Counted from the first letter of the stretch, positions 9,345-19,767 are shown. The stretch is DNA of 64,000 bases from Candidatus Kapaibacterium sp. (GCA_963664875.1 OY761611.1:3104001-3168000), one strand, 5' to 3'. The notes: a model not told the origin generated them from the letters alone. Numbers and translations: made by a program.

Positions 9345-9526
9345 TAGTCGTTGCTAAATAATGAATATTATAGATAAATAGACAATAAGTTTTCAACAAA
9401 ATTGTATATTTATATAGATAATTGGCAAAATATTTGACTTCACATAAATTTAACAAGAATTTGAATTGACTATTAAACCAAAAAAATGTATATTAGCTTT
9501 ATGTAAATACTATACTTAGCGTTGAT

Positions 9527-9955
9527 ATGAAAAAGAAACTTATAATAGCCCTGTTTTTTGTTTTGGCATCAGTAGTCATATACGCTGCCGGAACAACTCT
9601 ACGCACGTTTTCAGCTAAAACGAGCGGCACAGATATTATTGTCGAATGGACTTCAGTGCAGGAAGTAAATTTGAAAGAATTTCAGATTGAAAGAAAAAGC
9701 GACCAAAGCAGCTTTGTTTATGTTACTACTGAAGAAGCACAAGGTGATAATTCCCGCTATTCTTATGTTGACGACAAAGCCTTTATGTCCAAAGACAATA
9801 ACGGCGACCAAGTCCTAAAAGGAAAAGAGTATTTCTACAGACTCAAATTTGTAGGCGAAGATGGTTCTGTTTCTTATAGTGACCCGGTGCCGGTAACTCA
9901 GCATATTAACTCCGTGCAGAGAACTTGGGGCATGATAAAAGAAATGTTCAGATAA
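9527..9955 (+). CDS. Small secreted Ig/FN3-like protein with C-terminal TWGMIK motif
   Basis: Signal peptide; VEWTSVQEVNLKEFQIERK...YSYVD...YFYRLKFV...SYS pattern typical of FN3-like domains of FCB secreted proteins. Confidence 0.75.
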   Translation: MKKKLIIALFFVLASVVIYAAGTTLRTFSAKTSGTDIIVEWTSVQEVNLKEFQIERKSDQSSFVYVTTEEAQGDNSRYSYVDDKAFMSKDNNGDQVLKGKEYFYRLKFVGEDGSVSYSDPVPVTQHINSVQRTWGMIKEMFR

Positions 9956-10036
9956 TTTCTTTTATCTCATTGATTTTTTTAACAAATTGCACTTTGTTTC
10001 TACATAGTGCAATTTTTTTTACATGAGACCCAAAAA

Positions 10037-11689
10037 ATGAAATACATATTTAGCATACTTGCCTTTGTTTTTCCTGTTTTAGTTTACGCACATAACGGCT
10101 CTTCGGTCGAACCGGTGAAATGTGGTACTTGCCTTTCACATCAGGAAATCCGAAACATGGTTCAGATTTGCAACTTTGACTTTGCCAAAAGGCATATAAT
10201 GCAAAAAACCTATACCAGCCCTTCCGGCAAGTTCCTTATTCACTATGACATAAGCGGAGAGCATGCCGTAGCAGCAAAAGATGCCAATGCAAACGGAGTG
10301 CCTGACTACATAGATTCCGTGGCTTACTACGCTGATTATTCTTACCAAAAGGAAGTAATCGAGCTCGGCTACTATTCGCCTATGCCCGAACCCGGCGGAA
10401 TAAATGATTTGTATGACATATATATATACGAACTTGGCAAAAGTGCTAAGCTATATGGACTAACTCAAGCAGACAGAGCTATCCAACTGCCTGCAGGCGA
10501 CAATGGATATGATAAATTTCATTCATTTATTGCTATCGACAACGATTACAGCCCAAGCGATTCTGTTTTGGTGGACAATCGCTTAGTCAAAGCATATACC
10601 ACTGATGGCATAGATGCTCTCAAAATCACTTTGATTCACGAATTTCACCACGCTATTCAGTATGTTTATGGTAATATCACTTTCGGAACTCTCTATGCAG
10701 AGCTGACAAGTACCTACATGGAAAACAGATTTTTCCCTGAGATTAAGGATTATTATCAATACGTAAAGTACCTCTTCGAATCTTTATATAAATATCCCTT
10801 TGGCAAAGATGATTACAAAGCCGGATATGCATATTCCATATTTGGTCAGTATCTCTATAAGAATTTTGGAGACGATCTACTGAGGAGATCATGGGAACTT
10901 ATCGACGAAATAAATAATCGAAAAATAAGCTATGTGGAGGCATTGGATTCTGCTTTCAGGGAGCAGGGTACAGACTTCCTTACAGAATGGAAAAATTTCC
11001 AGCCATATATGTATTTCACAGGCAGCCGAGCTTTAGGTGATTTGTATCTGGAAGATGCAAAGTATTTACCGGAAGTCAAATTCTATCAGATTCAGGCTTT
11101 TGACAATGGCAGATCCTATTCCTCCGGAGTGCTTAGCCAGCTGGAACAACGCTGTGTCCGATTTGTTCTGAAATACAGCAATGCCAGCAACGACACCTTA
11201 GACGTATTTATGACAAATTTGGACACAAAGCATGCAGGAACAATAAGTGACTACAAATCAAATTACAATCTGCAGTGCAGCGCCCAAGAATTTGACAATG
11301 CAATCAATGAACAGGGTAAAGATGTTTACTGGAGCAAGGAAGATCCGGATAATATAACGCACTTTATACCATACTTAGGGAAGGGCGATAAATCAGTCTT
11401 TGTGGACTTTGCCTTCCCGAACCCATACATTCCGGGCAAGCATCAGGGGATGTATATACCCGTGCCGGAGATAAACAACTTATACAACAAGATAAATGTA
11501 GTAGTCTTTTCCGCAAATATGCAGGAAATATTTGCAGGTACTTACGATTTTGTATTTATGGATAACAATCAGGTAGTTATTGATATCAGCGATGAAGCAA
11601 AAGACTTGCAAAGTGGAGTGTATTTGTACAAAATATCCACTCCTGAAAATGACTATCTCGGAAAATTTGCAGTGAAGGTAGTAGAATGA
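10037..11689 (+). CDS. Putative secreted zinc metalloprotease (MXAN_6640-like) with T9SS-like CTD
   Basis: Signal peptide MKYIFSILAFVFPVLVYA, KCGT propeptide, FLIHYD...DANANGVPDYID, HEFHHAIQ zinc motif, FPNPY...SGVYLY...GKFAV CTD. Confidence 0.8.
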   Translation: MKYIFSILAFVFPVLVYAHNGSSVEPVKCGTCLSHQEIRNMVQICNFDFAKRHIMQKTYTSPSGKFLIHYDISGEHAVAAKDANANGVPDYIDSVAYYADYSYQKEVIELGYYSPMPEPGGINDLYDIYIYELGKSAKLYGLTQADRAIQLPAGDNGYDKFHSFIAIDNDYSPSDSVLVDNRLVKAYTTDGIDALKITLIHEFHHAIQYVYGNITFGTLYAELTSTYMENRFFPEIKDYYQYVKYLFESLYKYPFGKDDYKAGYAYSIFGQYLYKNFGDDLLRRSWELIDEINNRKISYVEALDSAFREQGTDFLTEWKNFQPYMYFTGSRALGDLYLEDAKYLPEVKFYQIQAFDNGRSYSSGVLSQLEQRCVRFVLKYSNASNDTLDVFMTNLDTKHAGTISDYKSNYNLQCSAQEFDNAINEQGKDVYWSKEDPDNITHFIPYLGKGDKSVFVDFAFPNPYIPGKHQGMYIPVPEINNLYNKINVVVFSANMQEIFAGTYDFVFMDNNQVVIDISDEAKDLQSGVYLYKISTPENDYLGKFAVKVVE

Positions 11690-12318
11690 TAAAATTTAAC
11701 ATAACAGCATGCAATGTAGCTAAGACTTTTGACGGAAGAAATTTTCTTTTCAGCGATATTTCCCTGCAGCTCAGCAACGGCGAATCATTAGTAGTTACAG
11801 GCATAAACGGTTCCGGAAAATCTACTTTACTGAAAATATTAGCTGGTGTAATTTCTCCCTCAAAAGGCGAAGTTACGTACGAAACTGAACTTGGCAAAAT
11901 AGACAAAGGCAGCTGGCACGAACATTTCTGTTTCGTATCTCCATACCTTAATCTATACGAAGAGTTTACACCATTGGAACATCTCAAAATATTTGCCGAG
12001 ATACAAGGCATCAATTATGATGAGGAAATGGCAAAAGCTAATCTTGAAAAAGTTGGAATCTACAAAGCAAGAAAGCGTGAAATCAAAAAATTCTCCTCCG
12101 GAATGAAGCAGAGGATGAAATTCGCACTCGCGCTGCAGCGTCCCGGGCAGCTTTTCTTTATGGATGAGCCTACAAGCAATCTCGACAAAGAGGGCATAGA
12201 AACAGTAGAAAAGATATTCGCTGAGCACATCTCAAACGGTGGTGCCGTGCTAATCGCTTCCAACGAAGACAGAGAAATAAAACTCTGCGACAAAGCTATA
12301 GCAATACAAGTGGGATAG
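11686..12318 (+). CDS. ABC transporter ATP-binding protein (CcmA-like)
   Basis: Walker A GINGSGKST, signature FSSGMKQR, Walker B FFMDEPT. Confidence 0.9.
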   Translation: MIKFNITACNVAKTFDGRNFLFSDISLQLSNGESLVVTGINGSGKSTLLKILAGVISPSKGEVTYETELGKIDKGSWHEHFCFVSPYLNLYEEFTPLEHLKIFAEIQGINYDEEMAKANLEKVGIYKARKREIKKFSSGMKQRMKFALALQRPGQLFFMDEPTSNLDKEGIETVEKIFAEHISNGGAVLIASNEDREIKLCDKAIAIQVG

Positions 12319-12391
12319 AGCTAATACATACCTAAAACGGATTCTAAAAGCTAAAAAAACAATCAAATTACAAATCAAAGTGGGGGGAGAA

Positions 12392-13288
12392 GTGAAAAAA
12401 TTAGTACTGTTTTTAACTATCATTCTTTTGGCTTGCACTCAGGATAATCAGAGTCTGCTTTCCGATCAAAAATCAAAGCAGGACGCAGATATCTATAAAG
12501 TTCATATCTCAAATTACAGACTGCCGGAAGAATTGTTCCTGTGTGGCGAGCGGTTACCCTTAGAAGACGAAGAAATAAGGGAGCGTGCCGAAAGGGAATT
12601 TTATTTGCTATTGCAGCAACCGGGTCAGATAATGCTTTATTTGAAACGTTCCGGAAGGTATTTCCCAACATTTGAAAGTATCATTGCCGAAGAAAAAATG
12701 CCTGATGATTTGAAATATCTGGCAGTTGCCGAATCAGCACTGATTCAGGCTCTTTCGAGTAAAAGTGCATTAGGTATGTGGCAGTTCATGAAAGAAACAG
12801 GTCGCTCTATGGGTCTGCTTTGTGGCGACTATGTGGACGAAAGGAAACATCCCGAAAAAAGCACAAGAGCCGCCATGCAGTATCTAAAAAACGGTTATCA
12901 AAAACATAAATCATGGCTGTTGACGCTTGCCGGCTACAATATGGGACAGGCTGGAGTCAGCAGAAGTTTGGAGTATCAGGAAGGAGAAGATTACTTTGAT
13001 CTCTTCCTAAACGACGAAACTTCACGTTTCATCTTTAGAATAGCTATAATCAAAGAAATTATGGACAATCCTACCAAATATGGCTTCTATCTCGAAGAAA
13101 GCGATTATTACAAGCCATACGCCACTAAAATCATTAAGGCAACTAAGGTAGATGACATCGCTACATGGGCAAAAGAAAATAACACTACTTACAAAGAAGT
13201 TAAACTTCTCAATCCATGGATACTCGGCAAAGAACTCCCGTTACATCCTGACAGAATCGACTGGGAAATAGCAGTGCCAAATAAATAG
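12392..13288 (+). CDS. Lytic transglycosylase (SLT/MltD-like) lipoprotein
   Basis: Lipobox LLAC; LKYLAVAES, GMWQFM, VDER, GYNMG motifs; GTG start at 12392 preferred. Confidence 0.88.
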   Translation: MKKLVLFLTIILLACTQDNQSLLSDQKSKQDADIYKVHISNYRLPEELFLCGERLPLEDEEIRERAEREFYLLLQQPGQIMLYLKRSGRYFPTFESIIAEEKMPDDLKYLAVAESALIQALSSKSALGMWQFMKETGRSMGLLCGDYVDERKHPEKSTRAAMQYLKNGYQKHKSWLLTLAGYNMGQAGVSRSLEYQEGEDYFDLFLNDETSRFIFRIAIIKEIMDNPTKYGFYLEESDYYKPYATKIIKATKVDDIATWAKENNTTYKEVKLLNPWILGKELPLHPDRIDWEIAVPNK

Positions 13289-13301
13289 AAAAATTGGAAA
13301 T

Positions 13302-13751
13302 ATGTTACCTGATAAAACAAACAGCGAAATATTACTTTATACATCTGATGATGGCGATATAAAAATTCAAGTGCTATTGAATCAAGATACTGTCTGGCTA
13401 TCTCAAGCTGATATGGTAGAGCTATTTCAAAGCTCAAAATCAAATATAAGTGAGCACATTAAGCATATCTTTGAGGAAGGCGAATTAAAACAGGATTCAA
13501 CTGTTCGGAAATTCCGAACTGTTCGAAAAGAAGCTAATAGAGAAGTTGAGCGAGAAATTGTTCACTATAATCTTGATGTTATAATCTCTGTGGGCTACCG
13601 GGTCAAATCTCTAAGAGGTACTCAATTCCGTATTTGGGCTACAGAAAGGCTACGGGAATACCTTATAAAAGGCTTCACCATGAATGATGATTTGTTGAAG
13701 CAAGATGGTGGTTATTTTGAGGCAATTTTGTTTAGCACATTTGCGATTTAA
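13302..13751 (+). pseudogene. C-terminally truncated RhuM/virulence-family DNA-binding protein
   Basis: TVWLSQADMVELFQ, HYNLDVIISVGYRVKSLRGTQFRIWAT motifs; family-like sequence ends at GGYFE followed by an unrelated tail and stop (149 aa; typical members are about twice as long). Confidence 0.75.
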
Positions 13752-13860
13752 ACTCTTAGTAATGAAACCCTTGCAAATACAACGGTTTGAAAATCTAATC
13801 TAAATAAGATTGACTCATAAAGATTATAATACAGAAAAAGGACAATTATTGAAGATTATA

Positions 13861-14388
13861 ATGCAAAATAAACGATACGAAATATTAGCCGGACTTCCCG
13901 CGTATGGTCCAATGTATAAATCTATTCCTAATAGTGGGAAAAATATATACAGTGAAGGCTTTGTTGTCCGTTTCTTTAAAGATGATGGTACTGATTGGGT
14001 TGCCAATTTTACAGGAAAGGAAGGAATGGATAGGCAACCTGAAATAATTGAATTGCCTAAAAAAAGATTCCTTTTGATTATAGTTCAAGGTTGTGTTTAT
14101 ATCTTAGACCCTAATTTTGAGACTCCAATTGACAAAGTGAGCGTAGATTTAGATGCTATTTACTTTGCTTCAAAAGATAGAACAATCCTTCAAGATTATT
14201 TGTCAAATTTCAAAGTAATAGAAGCTGATGGTATCATTTGGGAAACAGAGTCTATATCTAATGATGGATTTGATGAGATAAAAGTAGAAGACAACATCGT
14301 ATCAGGAAAAGCATATAACGAAATGGGTAGTTCTGCATTCGAATTCTCTAATAATATAGATTCTAAAGAATTAACAAGAAAAACTTGA
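13861..14388 (+). CDS. Hypothetical protein
   Basis: ORF with ATG at 13861; YEILAGLPAYGPMY...SEGFVVRF...WVANF. Confidence 0.7.
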   Translation: MQNKRYEILAGLPAYGPMYKSIPNSGKNIYSEGFVVRFFKDDGTDWVANFTGKEGMDRQPEIIELPKKRFLLIIVQGCVYILDPNFETPIDKVSVDLDAIYFASKDRTILQDYLSNFKVIEADGIIWETESISNDGFDEIKVEDNIVSGKAYNEMGSSAFEFSNNIDSKELTRKT

Positions 14389-14400
14389 GAAAAAACAAAA

Positions 14401-14439
14401 AAAAAATGGAAGTGCAAATCTAATCACACTTCCATTTTT
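14401..14439. terminator. Bidirectional terminator between convergent genes
   Basis: AAAAATGGAAGTG...CACTTCCATTTTT inverted repeat. Confidence 0.75.
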
Positions 14440-14460
14440 AATATTGTTTTCGGCTAAAGA

Positions 14461-14874
14461 TTATTCAGCAGATTCAGCTTTTTTAGCTTCTTCTTCTGCT
14501 TTGATTTTAGCTTCTTTGCGTTTTTTGCGAAGATCGCGCTGGCGGTCGTAACGAGCTTGTACAACTTGAGCGTGTTTCGCAACTTCTGCATTGATTTCTT
14601 CTTCTGTTTTGCCTTTGAACTGCAAAGCACGGCGAAGAAGTACACCTTCGTAGCTCATAAGCAAACGAACAGTGTGTGTAGGCTGAGCACCAACATTTAA
14701 CCAATAAATGCAACGCTCAGGTTTAAAGTTGATAGTGTTAGGCTGAGTGTTTGGATCATAGAACCCAACTTTTTCAAGGAAAGCACCATCGCGGCGAGCA
14801 CGTTGGTCAACTGCAACGATATCGTACACAGCGTGGTGCGCTCTACCTTTGCGTCTTAATCTTAACTTTACCAT
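14461..14874 (-). CDS. rpsP: 30S ribosomal protein S16
   Basis: MVKLRLRRKGR...YDIVAVDQRARRDGAFLEKVGFYDP...GAQPT; follows ffh. Confidence 0.97.
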   Translation of the reverse strand: MVKLRLRRKGRAHHAVYDIVAVDQRARRDGAFLEKVGFYDPNTQPNTINFKPERCIYWLNVGAQPTHTVRLLMSYEGVLLRRALQFKGKTEEEINAEVAKHAQVVQARYDRQRDLRKKRKEAKIKAEEEAKKAESAE

Positions 14875-14919
14875 TATAAACCTTAGATATATAATTTATA
14901 AAAATCTGTATTTATGGGC

Positions 14920-16257
14920 TTAAGCACCGCCGAGTCCGCGTGGGATTCTTGGCATAAAACGAGACCGTTTGCCGCGTGTTAAATTTTTCATCATTTTATG
15001 CATTTCATCAAATTGCTTTAGTAATCGGTTTACGTCCTGGACTGATGAACCCGAACCGAGTGCAATTCTTTGCCTGCGAGACCCATTGATGATTTTCGGA
15101 TTATGTCGCTCAGCGATGGTCATTGAGAGGATAATAGCTTCGACACGGTTAAACGCATTATCGTCAATCTGAACATTTTTAAGCTGACGGTCCATACCCG
15201 GAATCATACCAAGCAAGTCCTTAATAGAACCCATTTTTCTGATAGTTCTAAGCTGATCGAGGAAATCCTCGAATGTAAATTGATTCTTTCTTATTTTTTC
15301 TTCTAATTCTTTTGCCTGCTCTTTGTCAATCTGAGCTTCTGCTCTTTCCACAAGAGTAAGCACGTCACCCATACCAAGGATACGAGAAGCAATCCTTTCC
15401 GGGTGGAATGGCTCAAGTGCATCTAACTTTTCGCCTGTACCTACAAATTTGACTGGCTTGCCTACTACGTCAAGCACTGATATAGCAGCACCACCGCGAG
15501 TGTCACCATCTAATTTTGTAAGCACTACGCCTGTGAGGGCTAATTTTTCGTGGAATGCCTTAGCAGTAGTTACAGCATCCTGACCAATCATCGCATCACA
15601 AACAAACAGAGTTTCTGTCGGTTTTACAGCTTTTGCGATGTTTGCTACCTCTTCCATCATGACTTCATCTATAGTCAGACGGCCTGCAGTATCTACAATG
15701 ATAATATCACGAGCAAATTTTTTCGCATAGTCTATTGATTTTGCTGCAATAGCTACTGCGTCTTTGTTGTCATCTTCAAAGAAAATAGGAACTTTAATTT
15801 GATCAGCGATTTGTTTTAGCTGCTCTACTGCGGCAGGTCTATGCACGTCGCAGGCAACCAAAAGCGGCTGGCGTCCTTTTTTTCTAAGGTTACGGGCTAA
15901 TTTACCGCAAAAAGTAGTTTTACCAGAACCCTGCAAACCTGCCACCATGATAATAGTAGGGGCTTGCGGAGCTATACGCAATTCACTCATCTTGCTGCCC
16001 ATGAGCTCAACTAATTCATCGTGTACGATTTTTACGATTAGCTGCTCTGGCAATAAATTACCTTTAACTTCTGTGCCGATAGCTTTCTGTTTTACTTCTT
16101 CAGTAAACTTTTTTGCAACGTGGAGGTTTACGTCAGCTTCTATCAAAGCTCTTCTAATCTCACGTATGGCATCGGCTATATTATCTTCTGTTATTGTCGA
16201 TTGACCGCGAAGGCGCTTCAGGGCACCTTCTAACTTCTCTTGTAAGTTCTCAAACAT
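14920..16257 (-). CDS. ffh: Signal recognition particle protein Ffh
   Basis: GLQGSGKTT, DTAGR, TKLDGDTRGGAA, RILGMGD, M-domain SRRQRIALGSG. Confidence 0.98.
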   Translation of the reverse strand: MFENLQEKLEGALKRLRGQSTITEDNIADAIREIRRALIEADVNLHVAKKFTEEVKQKAIGTEVKGNLLPEQLIVKIVHDELVELMGSKMSELRIAPQAPTIIMVAGLQGSGKTTFCGKLARNLRKKGRQPLLVACDVHRPAAVEQLKQIADQIKVPIFFEDDNKDAVAIAAKSIDYAKKFARDIIIVDTAGRLTIDEVMMEEVANIAKAVKPTETLFVCDAMIGQDAVTTAKAFHEKLALTGVVLTKLDGDTRGGAAISVLDVVGKPVKFVGTGEKLDALEPFHPERIASRILGMGDVLTLVERAEAQIDKEQAKELEEKIRKNQFTFEDFLDQLRTIRKMGSIKDLLGMIPGMDRQLKNVQIDDNAFNRVEAIILSMTIAERHNPKIINGSRRQRIALGSGSSVQDVNRLLKQFDEMHKMMKNLTRGKRSRFMPRIPRGLGGA

Positions 16258-16427
16258 AATATACCACGCTAATTTACAGAACTACAAATTTATGGTATTT
16301 ATCTATAATGTGCAACTGAAATAAGGCACAAAAAGTAAATATTCTAAAAAATATTTTTGCAAAATACGAAATTTTTACCATACAAGCTCGTTTATAATAT
16401 AAATTGTTATATTAGAAAGACTTTTGT

Positions 16428-16778
16428 ATGCTTTGCGAAACCATGCTAAATATTATATTTTGCAAAAGTCTGATTGGTGAATGTAATAAATCTCAAATGG
16501 ATAAATCTATATCTGATTACGAATTGTATTTGGATAAATGCAATGAAGTTGGAGAATTAAAAAATGCAATCAGACTCAATATGCGCCATAACGCTCTACC
16601 GTCCTATCTGGTAGTAGCATCTTTCGAAAAATATCTTCTTTTCGAAAGGTCAGACGCAGATGTGTTGCAAATATACGCTAATTATCTGATAAAATATGTA
16701 CCGGAGTGGGGCTACTATGCCGGTATTTTGTTAGATGAAGCACGCCGAATCAGAAGTAAAAATTGCCGTAGAAAATAA
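16428..16778 (+). CDS. Hypothetical protein
   Basis: 116-aa ORF filling the gap upstream of the DMT gene; no recognisable motif. Confidence 0.5.
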   Translation: MLCETMLNIIFCKSLIGECNKSQMDKSISDYELYLDKCNEVGELKNAIRLNMRHNALPSYLVVASFEKYLLFERSDADVLQIYANYLIKYVPEWGYYAGILLDEARRIRSKNCRRK

Positions 16779-16824
16779 AATTGGGTAAATTGTTCTTTTC
16801 CTAATTTTATCTACGGTGGTTTTT

Positions 16825-17715
16825 ATGCCGTTTTATGGTGAATCCATTGCCCTGTTTGTAGCTGTCCTTTGGTCTTTAGGTTCCTTTATTGTTACAGCTG
16901 CCGCTCAAAAAGTTGGAGCCATTCAGCTCAATATCGACCGACTTATACTTGGAATCATATATATACTTGCTACTGCGTTACTGCTTAATATTGATTATAA
17001 TATGAGCGTTTCACAGATATTATGGCTCAGTGCGAGCGGTATAGTAGGTATGTTCCTTGGTGATAGTTTCCTCTTTCGAGCATTTAAAGAAATTGGGCCG
17101 AGACTTGGCTTGCTCGTGTTTTCTCTCAATCCGGCAATTGCTGCTCTTATTGCATATTTTACATTTGATGAAACTCTCGGATTATGGGGTATCACAGGTA
17201 TAATAATCACTCTTTCAGGTGTGGCATTAGTAGTGCTGGATAAAAGGAAATTTGCAGAAAACAAATATCAAATCAGTGCAAAGGGAGTCGCTTACGCTGT
17301 ATTGGCTGCTATAGGTCAAGGCACAGGCCTGATTCTTGCTAAAATGGCTTATGCTGAGTCAGCAGTTCATTTTTTTGCAGCTACTTCTGTTCGACTAATA
17401 GCTGCAGTGCTTTGTATGCTACCATTTGCTTTATTTTTCAAAAAATATAAAAATCCAATAAATCTCTACAAAAATGATACTAAAATCTTTGGACTTATAG
17501 CACTTGCTACTCTTATGGGGACATATCTCGGGGTCTCACTAAGCTACGAAGCTATAACACATGCTAAAGTAGGTATTGCTTCAACAATAATGTCTTCTAT
17601 GCCAATAATTATGCTCCCAATTTCGTACTTTTACTTTAAGGAAAAGATCGGATTCAGAGGTATCATTGGAGCATTTATAGCAGTAGGAGGCATAGCGGCT
17701 CTCTTTCTTGTCTAA
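16825..17715 (+). CDS. EamA/DMT family transporter
   Basis: About 10 TM helices in two repeats; SGIVGMFLGDSFLFRAF..IGP, E.LG...GI motifs. Confidence 0.9.
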   Translation: MPFYGESIALFVAVLWSLGSFIVTAAAQKVGAIQLNIDRLILGIIYILATALLLNIDYNMSVSQILWLSASGIVGMFLGDSFLFRAFKEIGPRLGLLVFSLNPAIAALIAYFTFDETLGLWGITGIIITLSGVALVVLDKRKFAENKYQISAKGVAYAVLAAIGQGTGLILAKMAYAESAVHFFAATSVRLIAAVLCMLPFALFFKKYKNPINLYKNDTKIFGLIALATLMGTYLGVSLSYEAITHAKVGIASTIMSSMPIIMLPISYFYFKEKIGFRGIIGAFIAVGGIAALFLV

Positions 17716-18277
17716 TCTCTCACGAAAAAAAATAGCTAAGAGATTATATTATAAAACTGCATACAATTATGCATATTTATTGGCGATATTGATCATAGCT
17801 TGGCTTTGCTCAATTATAGAAATCTATTTTGCTAAAAGTAAAATTCTACATCTAAAATTTAAAATATACCCGATATACAGATAATACATTTTATCAGTAT
17901 CCTTTGCTTTTTTAATTTTAGTAAAGTATTTTCAAAATCAATCGAAAATATTACCTAACGAGAGGCAATTTCCCAAGATTCTCTCGAACAATAGTCGATT
18001 TTAAAAAAAAAACAATTCTACAAGGCAGGTGATGAATTTTGGGTAAGGACAAGACTCCGAGATACTCAGCAGCAGAAATATTGACAAAAGGCTAAGGGTG
18101 GGTGGTGTCAATTTCTGTTTTGCTTGAGTAGTAATCGTCAAGAAAACATAATTTGTTTGAGGTTAGCCATATATATTTTCGGAGTTTGATAGCAACAATC
18201 TGAGTTAAAAGCACATTCTTCTACATAAAACAATAACAAAAAAAACCTGCTTCAGTTAAAACTAAAACAGGTTTTCG

Positions 18278-18359
18278 TGCGGAAAGGGGGACTTGAACCC
18301 CCACGCCCGTAGGGCACTACCCCCTCAAGATAGCGTGTCTGCCATTTCACCACTTCCGC
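18278..18359 (-). tRNA. tRNA-Leu(GAG)
   Basis: GCGGAAG acceptor stem, anticodon arm CTATC-TTGAGGG-GGTAG, long variable arm, GGTTCAAGTCC T-arm; full CCA not encoded. Confidence 0.95.
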
Positions 18360-18462
18360 TTGATTAAGGAGACACAAAAATATACTATTTTGCCAAAATG
18401 TGCAAGCAAATTTTGGGTTTAAAAAAAAATGTTTGAAATTGATTGTCCTTTGAAAAAAAATA

Positions 18463-18494
18463 TTTGTTAAATAAACCAATTATTCTTAAGTTTG
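18463..18494 (+). promoter_or_regulatory. Bacteroidota-type sigma-A promoter for the tRNA-Cys/efp operon
   Basis: TTTG (18463-66) - 20 nt - TAAGTTTG (18487-94) matches the -33/-7 consensus. Confidence 0.65.
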
Positions 18495-18541
18495 TGTCTC
18501 ACTGATTGAGACAGGGCGTTTATCGCTCTTCTAATTTAAGT

Positions 18542-18612
18542 GGTGACGTGGCCGAGTGGCTAGGCAGCGGTCTGCAAAACCGCGTACGGAGGTTCGACTC
18601 CTCTCGTCACCT
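18542..18612 (+). tRNA. tRNA-Cys(GCA)
   Basis: GGTGACG/CGTCACC acceptor stem, GCGGT-CTGCAAA-ACCGC anticodon arm, GGTTCGACTCC T-arm, U discriminator. Confidence 0.96.
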
Positions 18613-18650
18613 CTTTTTTTGTATCTACTCACGAATATCGGGTATTTATT

Positions 18651-19214
18651 ATGGGATCTACTTCTGATCTTAGAGTTGGAGCCATTTTGAAATTTAATGG
18701 CCAAAACTGCCAAGTGATGGAGTTCGAGCATAGAACACCGGGCAAAGGTCAAGCCTGCTATCAGGTTAAAATGCGTAACCTGAACACAGGCAAAATCAAC
18801 GAAAACAGATACCGCTCCGGCGAATCTATTGATTTTGTTCGAGTTGAGCGCCACGAATTCCAGTATTTATATAATGATGGTGACGCTTTTTATTTCATGA
18901 ATAAAGAAAATTATGACCAAATTCCGATACAGGCTTCTGTTATTGGTGATATGTCTCGTTTCATGAAAGAAAACCAAGACGTTGATATTATGTTCGAAGG
19001 TGATACTATTCTTAGTATCGAATTGCCTTCTCATGTGCAGCTTGAAATTACTTATGCCGAACCGGGCGTAAGAGGTGATACTGCTACTAACGTTACTAAA
19101 CCTGCTACTTTGGAAACAGGTGCAGAAATCAACGTGCCGATATTTATCAACGAAGGTGATAAAATCGTTGTTGATACTCGTACCGGCTCATACGTAGAGA
19201 GAGTAAAGGCATAA
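18651..19214 (+). CDS. efp: Elongation factor P
   Basis: HRTPGKGQA loop, PGVRGDTA, KPATLETG, VDTRTGSYVER. Confidence 0.98.
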   Translation: MGSTSDLRVGAILKFNGQNCQVMEFEHRTPGKGQACYQVKMRNLNTGKINENRYRSGESIDFVRVERHEFQYLYNDGDAFYFMNKENYDQIPIQASVIGDMSRFMKENQDVDIMFEGDTILSIELPSHVQLEITYAEPGVRGDTATNVTKPATLETGAEINVPIFINEGDKIVVDTRTGSYVERVKA

Positions 19215-19235
19215 GCCAAAATATAATTGCTTGTT

Positions 19236-19280
19236 AAGCGTGTTTTTTGTATTATCGTACAACTAAAACACGCTTTTTTT
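19236..19280 (+). terminator. Terminator/attenuating hairpin after efp
   Basis: AAGCGTGTTTT...AAAACACGCTT followed by a T-run. Confidence 0.65.
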
Positions 19281-19299
19281 TATTTATAGGCGATTTAAT

Positions 19300-19767
19300 A
19301 TGGACATCAGAAACATAGAAAAACTTGTCAAAATATTTGATTCAAGCTCCCTTACAGAACTCTCTATCGAAGAAGAAGGTCTAAATATATATCTTTCAAG
19401 AAACAAAGAAGTTATAGCTGCTCCTGCTCCGCATGTTACTTATGCCACAGCACAACCTGCTATAGCTACTGAAACTCCGACATCTTCTAAACCTGCTGCA
19501 ACAGAGGTAGCTCCAAAACCCGTAGATGGTCATCAAATTTGCTCGCCTATCGTAGGTACTTACTATTCAGCTCCGTCTCCTGATTCGGATCCTTATGTAT
19601 CAGTAGGTGCCAGAGTAAAAGTAGGGCAAACTTTGTGCATCATCGAAGCCATGAAAGTAATGAATGAAATAGAAGCCGACAAAGCAGGTGTAATTGCTGA
19701 GATTTTAGTAGAAAATGGTCAGGCTGTAGAGTATAACCAACCTTTGTTTGTAATAAAACCGGAATAA
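19300..19767 (+). CDS. accB: Biotin carboxyl carrier protein of acetyl-CoA carboxylase
   Basis: [11 protein letters not shown] biotinylation motif, Pro/Ala linker. Confidence 0.97.
   Translation: MDIRNIEKLVKIFDSSSLTELSIEEEGLNIYLSRNKEVIAAPAPHVTYATAQPAIATETPTSSKPAATEVAPKPVDGHQICSPIVGTYYSAPSPDSDPYVSVGARVKVGQTLCIIEAMKVMNEIEADKAGVIAEILVENGQAVEYNQPLFVIKPE

Noticed and set aside
11686-12318. Calling the ABC ATPase ccmA (cytochrome c maturation)
   Set aside because: No ccmB/ccmC nearby; left as a generic ABC ATP-binding protein
18252-18854. ORFs 18252-18479 and 18531-18854
   Set aside because: They overlap tRNA-Leu, tRNA-Cys and efp; spurious translations
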